Positions 29,901 to 42,813 of a stretch of 64,000 nucleotides of DNA are shown here, piece by piece. Source of the DNA: Chrysomallon squamiferum (taxonomy: Eukaryota > Animalia > Mollusca); assembly GCA_012295275.1 (NCBI GenBank), contig CM022671.1:26288001-26352000 (forward strand), in the 5' to 3' direction. Within the stretch, counting starts at the first letter, position 1; every line of letters starts with the position of its first letter. The notes under the pieces are model-generated. The model worked only from the letters and a program-made list of their open reading frames with translations. It had not been told where the DNA came from and did not search any database. The translations under genes and the position numbers were made by a program.

Positions 29901-30720
29901 AGACAAGTTATAGGCTGTGGCCCGCCTAATTTCTCAAGGAAAATAACATTAATTCAAATTTTATAAAAATGAGTCTATTTTGTAACTACTAATATACTAA
30001 AACACATGTATTTTTTTATTTTATCATAACAGTTCCTGAAGTAAATGAAAATGAAAAATTTCTTAAAATAAACTATTCATAAAAACACAAAATCGCCTAA
30101 ATTAGCACCTGCGGCCCGCCTGAGGATGAGCCATGTCTCATGTGGCCCGCTTCTTGAAAAAGGTTGCCCATGTCTGTGCTAGACCAACAGTCAGAGTAGA
30201 TGCTTATTAAGTACAAAATGAATAAAGTACAAATTAAGTATGACGTCCAAAAGCAGGTGAAGGTTCGTTAAGATGTCTGCTTGAGGTGTATCTATTGCTA
30301 CAGAACGGAGATGTGAAAAACAGTGAAAAACAGAAACAAATGATTAAGTATGACGTGCACACTAAGGTGAACATTTGTTAAGACATTTGCTTGAGGTGTG
30401 TCTCTCACTGTTGGAAATGTGAAAAACGCTAAGAATAAATTGTGATAAACTAAAAGGAGACATAGCACAAACTGAAATAAATTAAATATGACGTCCAAAA
30501 CAATGTGAATGTTTGTAACAACAGCTGCTTGAGATGTGTGTGTCTAGCACTACAGAACAGAGACATAAACAACAGTGAACAAAAATTTGTGATGCAGCAC
30601 AGTGAAAAATGGTGAAGAAAGATTGTGAGAAAGCCAAAAAGTGACAGAGGACAGTGAAAAACAGTGAACAAAATTTGTGAGAAAGGATAAAAGTGATGTA
30701 GCATAATGAAAAACAGTAGT
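26908..30720. repeat. Composite satellite array, block 1 (5 units; the last is interrupted by a MITE and degenerate)
   Basis: A roughly 400-bp constant module containing ttctgacatgggcattgtcatttaatg recurs near 26994, 27601, 28627, 29243 and 29773. Each is followed by a variable number of ~51-bp subrepeats containing cacagtgaaaaacagtgaaaa. Confidence 0.95.
29905..30176. mobile_element. Non-autonomous hAT (Charlie-type) DNA transposon / MITE, 272 bp
   Basis: 8-bp target-site duplication TGCTAGAC at 29897-29904 and 30177-30184; the empty site is visible in the other satellite units. Right end aggttgcccatgtctg (reverse complement CAGACATGGGCAACCT). Three subterminal GGCCCGC motifs. The left terminal repeat appears mostly deleted. 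Confidence 0.85.
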
Positions 30721-30789
30721 GCCAGAAGTGGTTTTATTATTGTAAGTTAATGAGATAAGCTTAGATTAACTTGCAAAATAATAAATAAA

Positions 30790-31250
30790 AAATGTAGTGT
30801 ATGCGAGTCCATAGTTAAGTAAAATATATAAATACAGAATATGTGATATTCCAATGTTTAAATGGAAATACATTGAGAATATATGATAGTTCAAGCACAT
30901 AAATACAGAATATGTAATAGTCCAATACAAATATATACAACAGAATATATAACAGTCCAGTGTTAAATACAAATATGTAAATTAAGAGCATATGATAGTC
31001 CATAAATACAAATACAACAATAATCATCATTCATTGAAAAAGACATTACTCATATAGGTCTAACTATAAATAATGATTTGATAGTAAAATATTCATAGTC
31101 AATAGTTAAATACAAATATAATAATTATTATTTATTACAGAAGATATCTTTACTCTGAAAATTAATCTTACAGACTGACTATCAGTAATTATTCAATACC
31201 TAATTTCTGATAGTCCATAGTTAAATATCAGTTATTATTGTTTATTAAGA
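30790..31250. repeat. Degenerate AT-rich tandem repeat
   Basis: Repeated gatagtccatagttaaatacaaatat / aaatacagaatatgt motifs. Related motifs occur at about 36020-36260. Confidence 0.65.
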
Positions 31251-31261
31251 AAAATGTATTC

Positions 31262-32206
31262 AGTTACAGAACCAGTTATGGATTATTTGTTAAATTCTAA
31301 ATATTTAATCAAACACAAATATCAGTAAAGCACATGATACCGTTTGGACCATCTGTTAAATTTTTTTTTTTTCTTCAGTATTTTAAATTCATTTTTTTTT
31401 ATTACCATTTGTAAAGAATACCATTTAAACAAATTTATTAATCCATTTTTTTAGTTAACAGTTCTTATTCAGGTGATGATAATGTGTTTTGGAGTTTTAT
31501 CCTAGTCTTGGTACATTTTGGAAATCTGTATATTAAAATACTGAGAGGATTCACCAGATGTGGCAGACTGCTCAAATATGATATAAACTCTTCATAAATA
31601 AGCATGTGTTAATCAGATGCACTAACAGTTACAATAACACTGTGCTAACAAACACATGTCTGCATTTTAAGTCACTGACCATACATATTAAAATGATATT
31701 ATAGGATGTTAAAAGACAATCATGAATATAATTTTCATTTAAAGAAAACCAAAAAACAAAAACCATTATCATGATTTTATGTCGGATTAATCAAACCAAT
31801 ATGTGTAAATCTAATATTTTTTTGTTTTTTGTATTGTTTAGGACAGCAGGATAAAAGAAATAATTGAGTTCTGTCTTAAGCAAGTTAAGGTAGCTTTATC
31901 CTGCTCAGGTCAAATGGTGAATACAGCTCAGCAAAACCTCATCATCGTAATCTTTACAAAGTTATCTTAAGACAGTAACCAGTTATTCCACACACTCACA
32001 CATACATATGTAAAATTAAGAGTAGAAAACTGAATGTTTACTTGATTTTGACATGCTTACTTAATAAGAATTCATGAGTTTTATTCCATATTCAGCTTGA
32101 TTCCTCAGCTTAATAATAACATTTAAAATAATTTAGACATAGAAAATTAGGGAGACTAATTCTATATTAAAATGAGAAAATTATCAACTTTGCTGTTTTA
32201 CTGAGT
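31262..32206. repeat. Segmental duplication, copy 2 of the non-satellite flank
   Basis: Direct repeat of 25953-26907, and likewise followed by a satellite unit carrying the same internal deletion. Confidence 0.95.
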
Positions 32207-35200
32207 AATTATATTGCTAATACATTCATGAATTAATTTCATTATTTCCTTTGAATAAAATAAAGATTTCCTAAATTATCATCTTCAATAATTCTGACAT
32301 GGGCATTGTCATTTAATGGCAGTAATTGTAATCATGGTAGAAGTAGATCATACCTGGGCATTGTGCTGCACTTGCATATGATTTAGCCAAGATTGTTACA
32401 AAACTTTGGTGTTCAATAACTGCAAGACCAACAGTCAGAATAGATGCTTATTAAGTACGAAAGCAGTAAATTACAAATTAAGTATGAGGTCCAAAAGAAG
32501 GTTTGTTTGTTAAGATATCTGCTTGAGGTGTATCTATCACTACTGAATGGAGATGTGAAAAAAATAATGAAAAAACTAACAAATGACGTACCACAGTGAA
32601 AAACAGTGAAAAACAATCGTGAGGAGGCTAAAAAATGACGCAGCACAGTGAATAACTGTGAAAAAAATTGTTAGAAATTAAAAAATGAATCAGCACAGTG
32701 AAAAACAGTGAAAAGAATTTTGCGGAAACTAAAAAGCGACATAGCACAGTGAATTATATTAATACATTCATGAATTAATTTCATTATTTCCATTGAATAA
32801 AATAAAACTTTCATGTAAAACTACATTTCTTACTTTACACATAATTATGCTGACACCTTTATTGTGAGTGGACATTTCCTAAATTATCATCTTCAATAAT
32901 TCTGACATGGGCATTGTCATTTAATGGCAGTAATTGTAATCATGGTAGAAGTAGATAATACCTGGGCATTGTGCTGCACTTGCATATGATTTAGCCAAGA
33001 TTGTTACAAAACTTTGGTGTTCAATAACTGCTAGACCAACAGTCAGAATAGATGCTTATTAAGTACGAAAGCAATAAATTACAAATTAAGTATGAGGTCC
33101 AAAAGAAGGTTTGTTTGTTAAGATATCTGCTTGAGGTGTATCTATCACTACTGAATGGAGATGTGAAAAAAATAATGAAAAAACTAAAAAATGACGTAGC
33201 ACAGTGAAAAACAGTGAAAAACAATCGTGAGGAGGCTAAAAAATGACGCAGTACAGTGAATAACTGTGAAAAAAATTGTGAGAAATTAAAAAATGATGCA
33301 GCACAGTGAAAAACAGTGAAAAACAATCGTGAGGAGGCTAAAAAATGACGCAGTACAGTGAATAACTGTGAAAAAAAATTGTGAGAAATTAAAAAAATGA
33401 TGCAGCACAAAAAAAAACAGTGAAAAACAATTTGTGAGGAGGCTAAAAATGAAAGTACAGTGAATAACTGTGAAAAAATTGTGAGAAATTAAAAAATGAT
33501 GCAGCACAGTGAAAAAACAGTGAAAACAATCGAGGAGGAGGCTAAAAAATGACGCAGCACAGTGAATAACTGTGAAAAAAATTGTTAGAAATTAAAAAAT
33601 GAATCAGCACAGTGAAAAACAGTGAAAAGAATTTGCGAGAAACTAAAAAGCGACATAGCACAGTGAATTATATTAATACATTCATGAATTAATTTCATTA
33701 TTTCCATTGAATAAAATAAAACTTTCATGTAAAACTACATTTCTTACTTTACACATAATTATGCTGACACCTTTATTGTGAGTGGACATTTCCTAAATTA
33801 TCATCTTCAATAATTCTGACATGGGCATTGTCATTTAATGGCAGTAATTGTAATCATGGTAGAAGTAGATAATACCTGGGCATTGTGCTGCACTTGCATA
33901 TGATTTAGCCAAGATTGTTACAAAACTTTGGTGTTCAATAACTGCTAGACCAACAGTCAGAATAGATGCTTATTAAGTATGAAAGCAATAAATTACAAAT
34001 TAAGTATGAGGTCCAAAAGAAGGTTTGTTTGTTAAGATATCTGCTTGAGGTGTATCTATCACTACTGAATGGAGATGTGAAAAAAATTATGAAAAAACTA
34101 AAAAATGACGTAGCACAGTGAAAAACAGTGAAAAACAATCATGAGGAGGCTAAAAAATGACGCAGTACAGTGAATAACTGTGAAAAAAATTGTGAGAAAT
34201 TAAAAAATGATGCAGCACAGTGAAAAACAGTGAAAAACAATCGTGAGGAGGCTAAAAAATGACGCAGTACAGTGAATAACTGTGAAAAAAATTGTGAGAA
34301 ATTAAAAAATGATGCAGTACAGTGAAAAACAGTGAAAAACAATCGTGAGGAGGCTAAAAAATGACGCAGTACAGTGAATAACTGTGAAAAAAATTGTGAG
34401 AAATTAAAAAATGATGCAGCACAGTGAAAAACAGTGAAAAACAATCGTGAGGAGGCTAAAAAATGACGCAGCACAGTGAATAACTGTGAAAAAAAATGAA
34501 TCAGCACAGTGAAAAACAGTGAAAAGAATTTGCGAGAAACTAAAAAGCGACATAGCACAGTGAATTATATTAATACATTCATGAATTAATTTCATTATTT
34601 CCATTGAATAAAATAAAACTTTCATGTAAAACTACATTTCTTACTTTACACATAATTATGCTGACACCTTTATTGTGAGTGGACATTTCCTAAATTATCA
34701 TCTTCAATAATTCTGACATGGGCATTGTCATTTAATGGCAGTAATTGTAATCATGGTAGAAGTAGATAATACCTGGGCATTGTGCTGCACTTGCATATGA
34801 TTTAGCCAAGATTGTTACAAAACTTTGGTGTTCAATAACTGCTAGACCAACAGTCAGAATAGATGCTTATTAAGTATGAAAGCAATAAATTACAAATTAA
34901 GTATGAGGTCCAAAAGAAGGTTTGTTTGTTAAGATATCTGCTTGAGGTGTATCTATCACTACTGAATGGAGATGTGAAAAAAATTATGAAAAAACTAAAA
35001 AATGACGTAGCACAGTGAAAAACAGTGAAAAACAATCGTGAGGAGGCTAAAAAATGACGCAGTACAGTGAATAACTGTGAAAAAAATTGTGAGAAATTAA
35101 AAAATGATGCAGCACAGTGAAAAACAGTGAAAAACAATCGTGAGGAGGCTAAAAAAAATGACGATTTCAGTACAGTGAATAACTGTGAAAAAAAATTGTG

Positions 35201-35980
35201 AGAAATTAAAAAATGATGCAGCACAGTGAAAAACAGTGAAAAACAATCGTGAGGAGGCTAAAAAATGACGCAGTACAGTGAATAACTGTGAAAAAAATTG
35301 TGAGAAATTAAAAAATGATGCAGCACAGTGAAAAACAGTGAAAAACAATCGTGAGGAGGCTAAAAAATGACGCAGTACAGTGAATAACTGTGAAAAAAAT
35401 TGTGAGAAACTAAAAAATGATGCAGCACAGTGAAAAACAGTGAAAAGAATTTGTGAGAAACTAAAAAGCGACATAGCACAGTGAATTATATTGCTAATAC
35501 ATTCATGAATTAATTTCATTAATTCCATTTAATAAAATAAAGATTTCATATAAAACTACATTTCTTACATTACAGATAGTTATGATGACACCTTTATTAT
35601 GAGTGGACATTTCCTAAATTATCATTTTCAATAATTCTGACCTGGGCATTGTCATTTAATGGCAGCAATTGTAATCATGGTGGAAGTAGATAATACCTGG
35701 GCATTGTGCTGCACTTGCATATGATTTAGCCAAGATTGTTACATAATTTTGGTGTTCAATAACTGCTAGACCAACAGTCAGAATAGATGCTTATTAAGTA
35801 CAAAAGCAGTAAATTACATATTAAGTATGACGTCCAAAAGAAGGTGAAGGTTTTTTAAGATATCTGCTTGAGGTGTATCTATCACTACTGAATGGGAATG
35901 TGAAAAAAATTATGAAACAACTAAAAAATGACGCAGCACAGTGAATAACTGTGAAAAAAATTGTGAGTAAATAAAAAATG
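32207..35980. repeat. Composite satellite array, block 2 (5 units; the last is truncated)
   Basis: The same constant module recurs near 32292, 32901, 33813, 34711 and 35635, separated by 102-bp dimeric subrepeats. Confidence 0.95.
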
Positions 35981-36743
35981 TTATGTTTTACTGATTTCTA
36001 ACAAGACTGAATATGAAATATTGTTAAATACTGAAGTCATAACAATTCTTGATAAATACAAATATTAGTTATTTTTTAGTTTTTTTTTTGTAGGAAAACT
36101 ATAAATAGGACTAAATATAAATGTTATTAAATACTGAATTTGTTAGTCCTTTTTAAATACAAATATAACTTATTTTGTTTTTAGTAAGAAAATTAATAAC
36201 AGGACAGACTGCATTACTGTTAAACAATATATTTGTAACAATCCTTGTTAAATACAAAACATTTCTATCAAAACAATTTTATTTAATTATTTTATTTTGT
36301 TTTTACTTATCTTACTTCTTTTTTAATATTCTTTTTTTGATTTTTGATTTATTTTTGTTTTTAATTTTATTTTTTCTGATATCTTTTCTGACTAGTAAGT
36401 TTACAAATTCTTCACAGTATTGTTTGAGCTGTGTGGCTAGCTGAGGTGTGCTCTAGTTATAAAGTTCTTCTGATGACTTTAACAAGAGTGTACTTCCTTG
36501 TTAGCTCAATTGGCAGAACACTCTTAGTGTTAAATTCAATATCCCTGGTGGAATCTTCCTGGGAGATTGAATTAATTGTTACACGAATAGTAGTAGATGT
36601 GTTGGAACATTTTCTGTTCTTCTATCACAATTCATGAAAATAATCTTTAATGTCTGCCAGAAGCAAGCCTCTGAACTGATACTGTATAAATGCTGTTTCT
36701 TATTTTGGTTTAAATTAAGTATGCATATTTCTGTCTATCCATC

Positions 36744-36747
<4 letters not shown>

Positions 36748-36822
<75 letters not shown>

Positions 36823-36844
36823 GTGTGTGTGTGTGTGTGTGTGT
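36748..36844. repeat. Compound (TG)n (AG)n (TG)n microsatellite
   Basis: Directly visible. Confidence 0.97.
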
Positions 36845-37738
36845 TCATGAGTGTGTATGTGTGTATGTATTTCCAGGTAAAGATTGTGTTCTTTTGTAAG
36901 AATTATTGTTAAAGAAAACATTGGACTTTTCACTGACAAACATAAACACACACACACACACACACACACATGAATACTGAAAACACGTGTGTTGAAAGTG
37001 TTTAAAATCAAGTAGTGACACAGTAACAGGTTCAGTAGAAAACTAATAGAATAGCTAAAACAGAAAAAATGAAATCTCAAGACTGTTTAAATTAATATAC
37101 ACCTGCGACATCACTTTTTGAACACTCCATTATTTTTCAGTAGTGAAGCAACATCTCCATAATTTTCCCATTACTAACAGTTATAAATTGCAAATGGCAT
37201 TTTCAAAGATTAAATCACTTTAAACATGATGTTATTTATGTAGCAGAATGTTTTAGTAACACTTTTTATAAAAAGAAAAAAAAAAAAAAATGAAAAGAAA
37301 GAAAGAAAAGAAAACCTCCACTAAAAAACAAAAGCAAAAAACAACATAAATAAATAAATAAATAACAGAATTTGGGTATGCTATAATACTTCACACTATC
37401 TATCATGTTTTAAAGATGTAAGGCAGTGCTTTTAAAATGTGGAGTATTTTAACTAGAAAGATATCTTAATGATATTATTTAAAAACAAAAAAAATGATCA
37501 TAAAATAAATATATGATAATAAATAACAGAATTTGGGCTTGCTGTAGTTCACTACATTCTCTGTCACCTCTTTAAGATGTAAGGGAAAGCATTGAAGATG
37601 TTATATAATGTTTATATTATTACTGTCAGATTCTTTGTCCATACTATCAACTAATAAATGAATGTGTATATGTAACATACATAGATACATACATATACGT
37701 GTGTGTGTGTGTGTGTTTTATTCTTAGATTACCAAATA

Positions 37739-37789
<51 letters not shown>

Positions 37790-37905
37790 CTTTTAAAACT
37801 TCTGACATATTAACTCAATGGGTGTCTTTTGAAAGAAGAAACTTATCTTTTTTTGTTTTTAATTATTTATTCAAATAATGCACTAAGCACATTTATTTTT
37901 CCCAG

Positions 37906-38137
37906 TGATAAAACATGAGATAGATGCAGATTTCAGTATTTTATCTCTTTCGGCGGCTACGCATGATGTGTGCACCTTGTTGGCATTTGTTGAAAATGAA
38001 AATACACCAAAAAGCTCAACTCACAAAGAACTAGCCTGCATTTCTCTTCATCAAGAGAACCTTTATCCTGATTCTTTTGTTAATGCTGAGCACATAAACA
38101 CCAAAACATTGATGTTTATGTCTGGCTCTGTAAAAAG
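37906..38137 (+). other. Candidate unassigned exon (232 nt), product unknown
   Basis: Acceptor tttatttttcccAG at 37904-37905 and donor AAG|GTAAGA at 38138. One frame is open across the whole segment and the composition is not low-complexity. No recognisable homology. Confidence 0.25.
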
Positions 38138-38232
38138 GTAAGATGTTGATAAAGAAAACTTCTGTTCTGAAGAACACCCTAAAGCATCCCAAGTGTTTAT
38201 GTGAAACTAATTAAAAAAATAAAAAGGTATTC

Positions 38233-38265
<33 letters not shown>

Positions 38266-41200
38266 CATACATATATGTATATACATACATATACATATAA
38301 ACATAAACACTGTTTCATGATGTTGTGTGTGTGTGTGTGTGTGTTTGTGTGTGTGTACAGATAGGTAGATAGATAGTATAGGAAAATATGATCAGATTCA
38401 AAATGAATAAATTATTTTTTAAATGTATTAACTCACACAACTGTATTAACTCAGCAAAAGGTGTCATTATATTTTCATTATTAAATCAAAGCAGACTAGT
38501 ATTATATATTTTTTGTATATTTATAATATCCAAATAAATCTTGTTTTAATAACTTCTTTTCTTAGTAGGATTTTTTTTTTTTAAATGTAAATATGTATTA
38601 TGATATTGTATAAATTTGTAAAATGTACCTTTATTTTTATTTTTTTTATTTAGACAATTTTTTTTTTTTTAAATTTAGTCATTATGGCTGACTTTCACAA
38701 ATCCAAAAATCTGTTTTTCATTATGTCTAAGTATGTGTTTTTCAGTAAGCCAATTCACCTGATTTTCACTAAACAAAAAAACCTATGTTTTTTTTGTTGT
38801 TTTTTTTTCTTTATAAACCAGTATACCTGTTTCTATGTCATTAACTGATTTCCTAACCTGTTAAAGATTTCATTCCCAGGGCAGTGTTCTTAAATTAAAG
38901 CTGTATGAAGATAAACTTATTTTAAACTAATAACAAGAATTAACAGAATCACAGGTTCCCCATGTTCTTAAGAAGTATCTTTAAAACCAGTCCCTTTTGT
39001 TGTTTTTTTCTCTTCAGCAGTTTGTTTTCAAGCTGTGGAGTGCTTCAAATTAATGCCCACTCCTGCTGTTAGACAAATACCAGTGTTAGTAGGTTAGTGA
39101 GTAAATGGGTTAACTGGGACAATATGACATGCTGGGCTAGTTGTGTTTAAAAGGATGAAGTAAATATGTGTGTGGAGAAATTTTTAGCCGAATATTAAAA
39201 ATAACAAATTAAATGTATTGGAAATTTTTCTTCTGCTCAGTATGGTGTATGTGTGTAAAAACAAAAAATAATAATAAAAAAAAGATTTATAGTGCAACCC
39301 AGCAACCGTAATGTTTGACATTAATTTAAATATATGAGGCAAAAATAATAAAAATAATTTAAAAAAATATATTTATAGTGCAACCCAACAACCAGATATT
39401 AATTTATATATGAGGTAAAAAGGATAAAAAAAAAAAAGAAAGAAAGAAACAAGTAAATAATAAATTTTGTAGAAAGAAAAAAAAAAAAAAAACATAAAAC
39501 AATAAATAATAATAATAATAAAAATAAAATAACATAAATAAATAAAATAAATAACATAAAAAGAAAAAAGAAGCCATTAAAGAAATAAAAGATATACTTA
39601 ATAAATTAAAGAAAACACTCAAAAGACTAGAAGTAATAAACAACAAATAAGAAAACAAGACAAAACATGAAACAAAAATGATATAAAAACAAATGCAAAA
39701 ACAAAACAAAAATCACCATGTTTCTCTTTTTACTCAACTGAAAACAAACCATTCATGAACCAAAACAATAAACCAAACATCAACATTTTTTTTTTTTCTT
39801 CTTCTTTTTAAGTTGTTCATGTTTTACTATGCACCATCTTTGATCTGAATAATTGTCGTGTTTGTTTTGGAACTGTTTGTCATGGGTTAACCATTCCACA
39901 CATAATTTCTGGGTAATCATAATAAACAGATCTTTAAGCAATTGGTTCTGCTGAAACATTTGTGAAAGATTTTTGCATTTGACTGCCAGTTGGTAAGAGA
40001 AAACATCACTGCAACAGTTTAACAGACATAAACATGTTTATCAAGAGTCTGGTAGATGAGTCTAAGGAAGATCAGCTTTTGTCTTTGTTTCAACACTTAA
40101 GACTGAGATTTTTATTATAATTTTTTTTTTTTAGATGTTTTTGTTTTTAAGGAACAATTAATTTAAAACATTAGTTTGTAAAGTATGTTATTTGACTGTT
40201 GTTTTCATTTTAACATTGAAGTAAGAACTTATTTTTGATATTCTTATATAATGGAAATATCAGTGCAGAACCAGTTTTGTGCTATGGTTTTATTTATTTG
40301 TTTATTCATTTACTTTTAATTAATTAAGTGCATGCATGCATTAGTTTATTATATATTATTTTATTGTTATTATTTTCTTTATTTTTATAAGATAGTGAAA
40401 CCATTTGTATTGTGTGTGTGTTCTGTGTGTACTCTGCATGCAAGACTTGTTTTAAAAGTTTTTGTCAGTGGAATATAGAATTACACATACAACAGACATC
40501 TTGTTTAAAATGTTAAAATAAAAAAAATAAAAAAAATAAAAATAATAATAATAATAATAAATTGATGATGATGATGATGATGGAAGAAACAAATATATTT
40601 TAGCTTTAGTAAATACCAACCAGACTCATGTTTCTTATTTGTTCCACAAATAATGATGTCTGTAGTCTTTAAGTTGTGTCATTTCTTAGATTCAGGAATT
40701 TGTGTCTTTGTTATCCTGCAGACACCTTAAAACCATGTCTGATTCCACTGTGTCTGATCACATCAAGCTGATAACACACACTAACACTTTAAACATTTCT
40801 TTCATCCGTATAACCTTTCATGTTTTTACTGAGTTCATGCACTGGCTGAACTCAGCTCCTTAAAACCTTTGTATAGGACTTTTTTTTACTTCACAGTTTA
40901 ATCTACAGGTAGACCTTTACATTTATATCCAGACCATTTTTAATTCCATTAGAATGGCATGGAACAGATTCTGGTATTTAATCTGTCAACAGACACTATT
41001 CTGTTCCTATTTTCAGAATTTAATTTTTCAAAAGACTTCAGTATCAGATTAACGTATTAAAATGTTTAAGCACTGGAAAAGCCAGAGATGGGTCTTGTAA
41101 TGGCAAATGTTCATCATGTCTGGGACGTTAGAGTTTTGTTAACTGTAGATCAGATTTGCTCTGATTCGACTGCATATCAGATGGGTTCTGCCTGAATTGT

Positions 41201-41647
41201 GGATCAGATTGGTTCTGATTCATCTTTAGAACAGATGGGTGTGCCAGCTAGTGTTAGATTAGGGGTGGAGAAAACACAGCAGATTTGTAAAATAAGAATC
41301 TTCATGTTCTCAAACTAACTGATCAGCAGGAGATCAGACTTGTTGAGATCTGATCATTTTAAACAGCTTTACAAGCCAAGGCTAGTATTTCTTAATTTAT
41401 CCTTTTTATACACTTTTATTTTTTTTTGTATTTTTTAACTATATTAGAAACATGGTTGACAGAAATCTGTTTGTTTTTGTGTGTGTGTGTCTGTTTGTGT
41501 GTTTTTGTGTGACTGTTTGAGAGAGAATGACAATAATAATATTGTATATACGAAATATGCAGACAGAAGAAAATAAACAAAAAAAATGCATAAATATTAT
41601 ATGATTAGCATAACTATTTGTTTTGAAGCAAACTAATTTTATTGTCT

Positions 41648-41683
<36 letters not shown>

Positions 41684-42415
41684 AATATTCATAATTTCAG
41701 CTGCTGTTTTGAAAATATTTTATAATTTTGCTTTAAAATTATTTTTATTATTATTATTTAGTAGTATTATATAAATATTTTTCAGTCAAATACAAATTTC
41801 CAAAAGTTTCCCAAAATTTTGATCAAATCATTCTAGTATATATAAATGCAAATGTTTTTTTTTTTTTTTTTTTTTTGTTAGAACTGCTCAATATTAACAA
41901 CAAAAACCCATTCCTGTTAAAAATTGTTTATAACTCACAGCAGCAGAAATTATTATTTTACTTCTTATTATTCTTTAAACCAAAATAATCCAAATACATT
42001 TTTTTTCGAGACACTTGATAACTTACAAGTGGATAAGCAATATTTTGAAGTGTTGTGAAACAAATATTAATTTTTTCATTACTTTTTCCCCGAGTTTTCT
42101 TCACTGAAATATTCTAAACAAGTGGGGAAATGCAGGAATTAGTTCTTCGATCTCGTGAGATTTCAATAAATGTAACATTAACAGTTTTTCAATATCACAA
42201 GCCAAATAAGAAACAGACATATATCAACATGCATTGCCCTGTAGCTGTTTCAGTTTTGAAAAAAACTCGAATTTAGTAATGATGCATTTCTTGCCAAATA
42301 AAAAAATAAAAAAAATAAAATAGAATGTGCACAACATAACTTCCACTTAAAATTCTTTAAAAAAAAATCTTTAAAACTTTTAGTGTGGAATTTAACAAGA
42401 GTATGCATGTTTGCA

Positions 42416-42529
42416 GTGGGATGTTAATCCAGTGATACAGGAGGCAGAGGGTCATCAGATCAGTCCCTCTCAATGGACCCATTAAACTATTTTTCATTTC
42501 AGCCAGAACTCCACAAACTGTTATTAAAG
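42416..42529 (+). mobile_element. Decayed tRNA-derived SINE, 5' part (Meta-SINE-like)
   Basis: gggatgttaatccagtgata...gatcagtccctctcaatggacccattaaactatttttcatttcagccagaactccacaaactg resembles a gastropod SINE head and core as I recall it, and shares motifs with the 43655 and 51281 copies. Confidence 0.55.
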
Positions 42530-42813
42530 TAAAAAAAAAAGAAGAAGAAAATAAATGTTGTATTTATGCACTGCTATACTTGAAGCCGAAAGTAACATGT
42601 AGATAGACAATAATAACAGGAAAAATAGAGTAGTCTGTAAAAAAAAAAAAAAAAAAAAAAAAATAAAATAAAATAAAAAATAAAAATAAATACATAAATA
42701 TATATATATATATATATATATTAAAAATATAGTTTTAACATATTTAGCATAAAATATATTTTAAGGAAAATTAAAAAAAGATAATAATAAAGTTATTTAT
42801 CCATTTATTTATT

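Noticed and set aside
27213-35528. Long minus-strand ORFs (up to 197 aa) with repeating FFTVFHCAASFFNFSQFFSQLFTVLRHFLASSRL
   Set aside because: They arise because the 102-bp satellite dimer is a multiple of three. Frames shift at homopolymer indels between units, and there is no protein homology or splice structure.
26908-35980. CRISPR-like or V(D)J-signal-like array (many CACAGTG heptamers)
   Set aside because: The sequences between repeats are themselves repeats rather than unique spacers, the context is eukaryotic with no cas genes, and no ACAAAAACC nonamer lies 12 or 23 nt after the heptamers.
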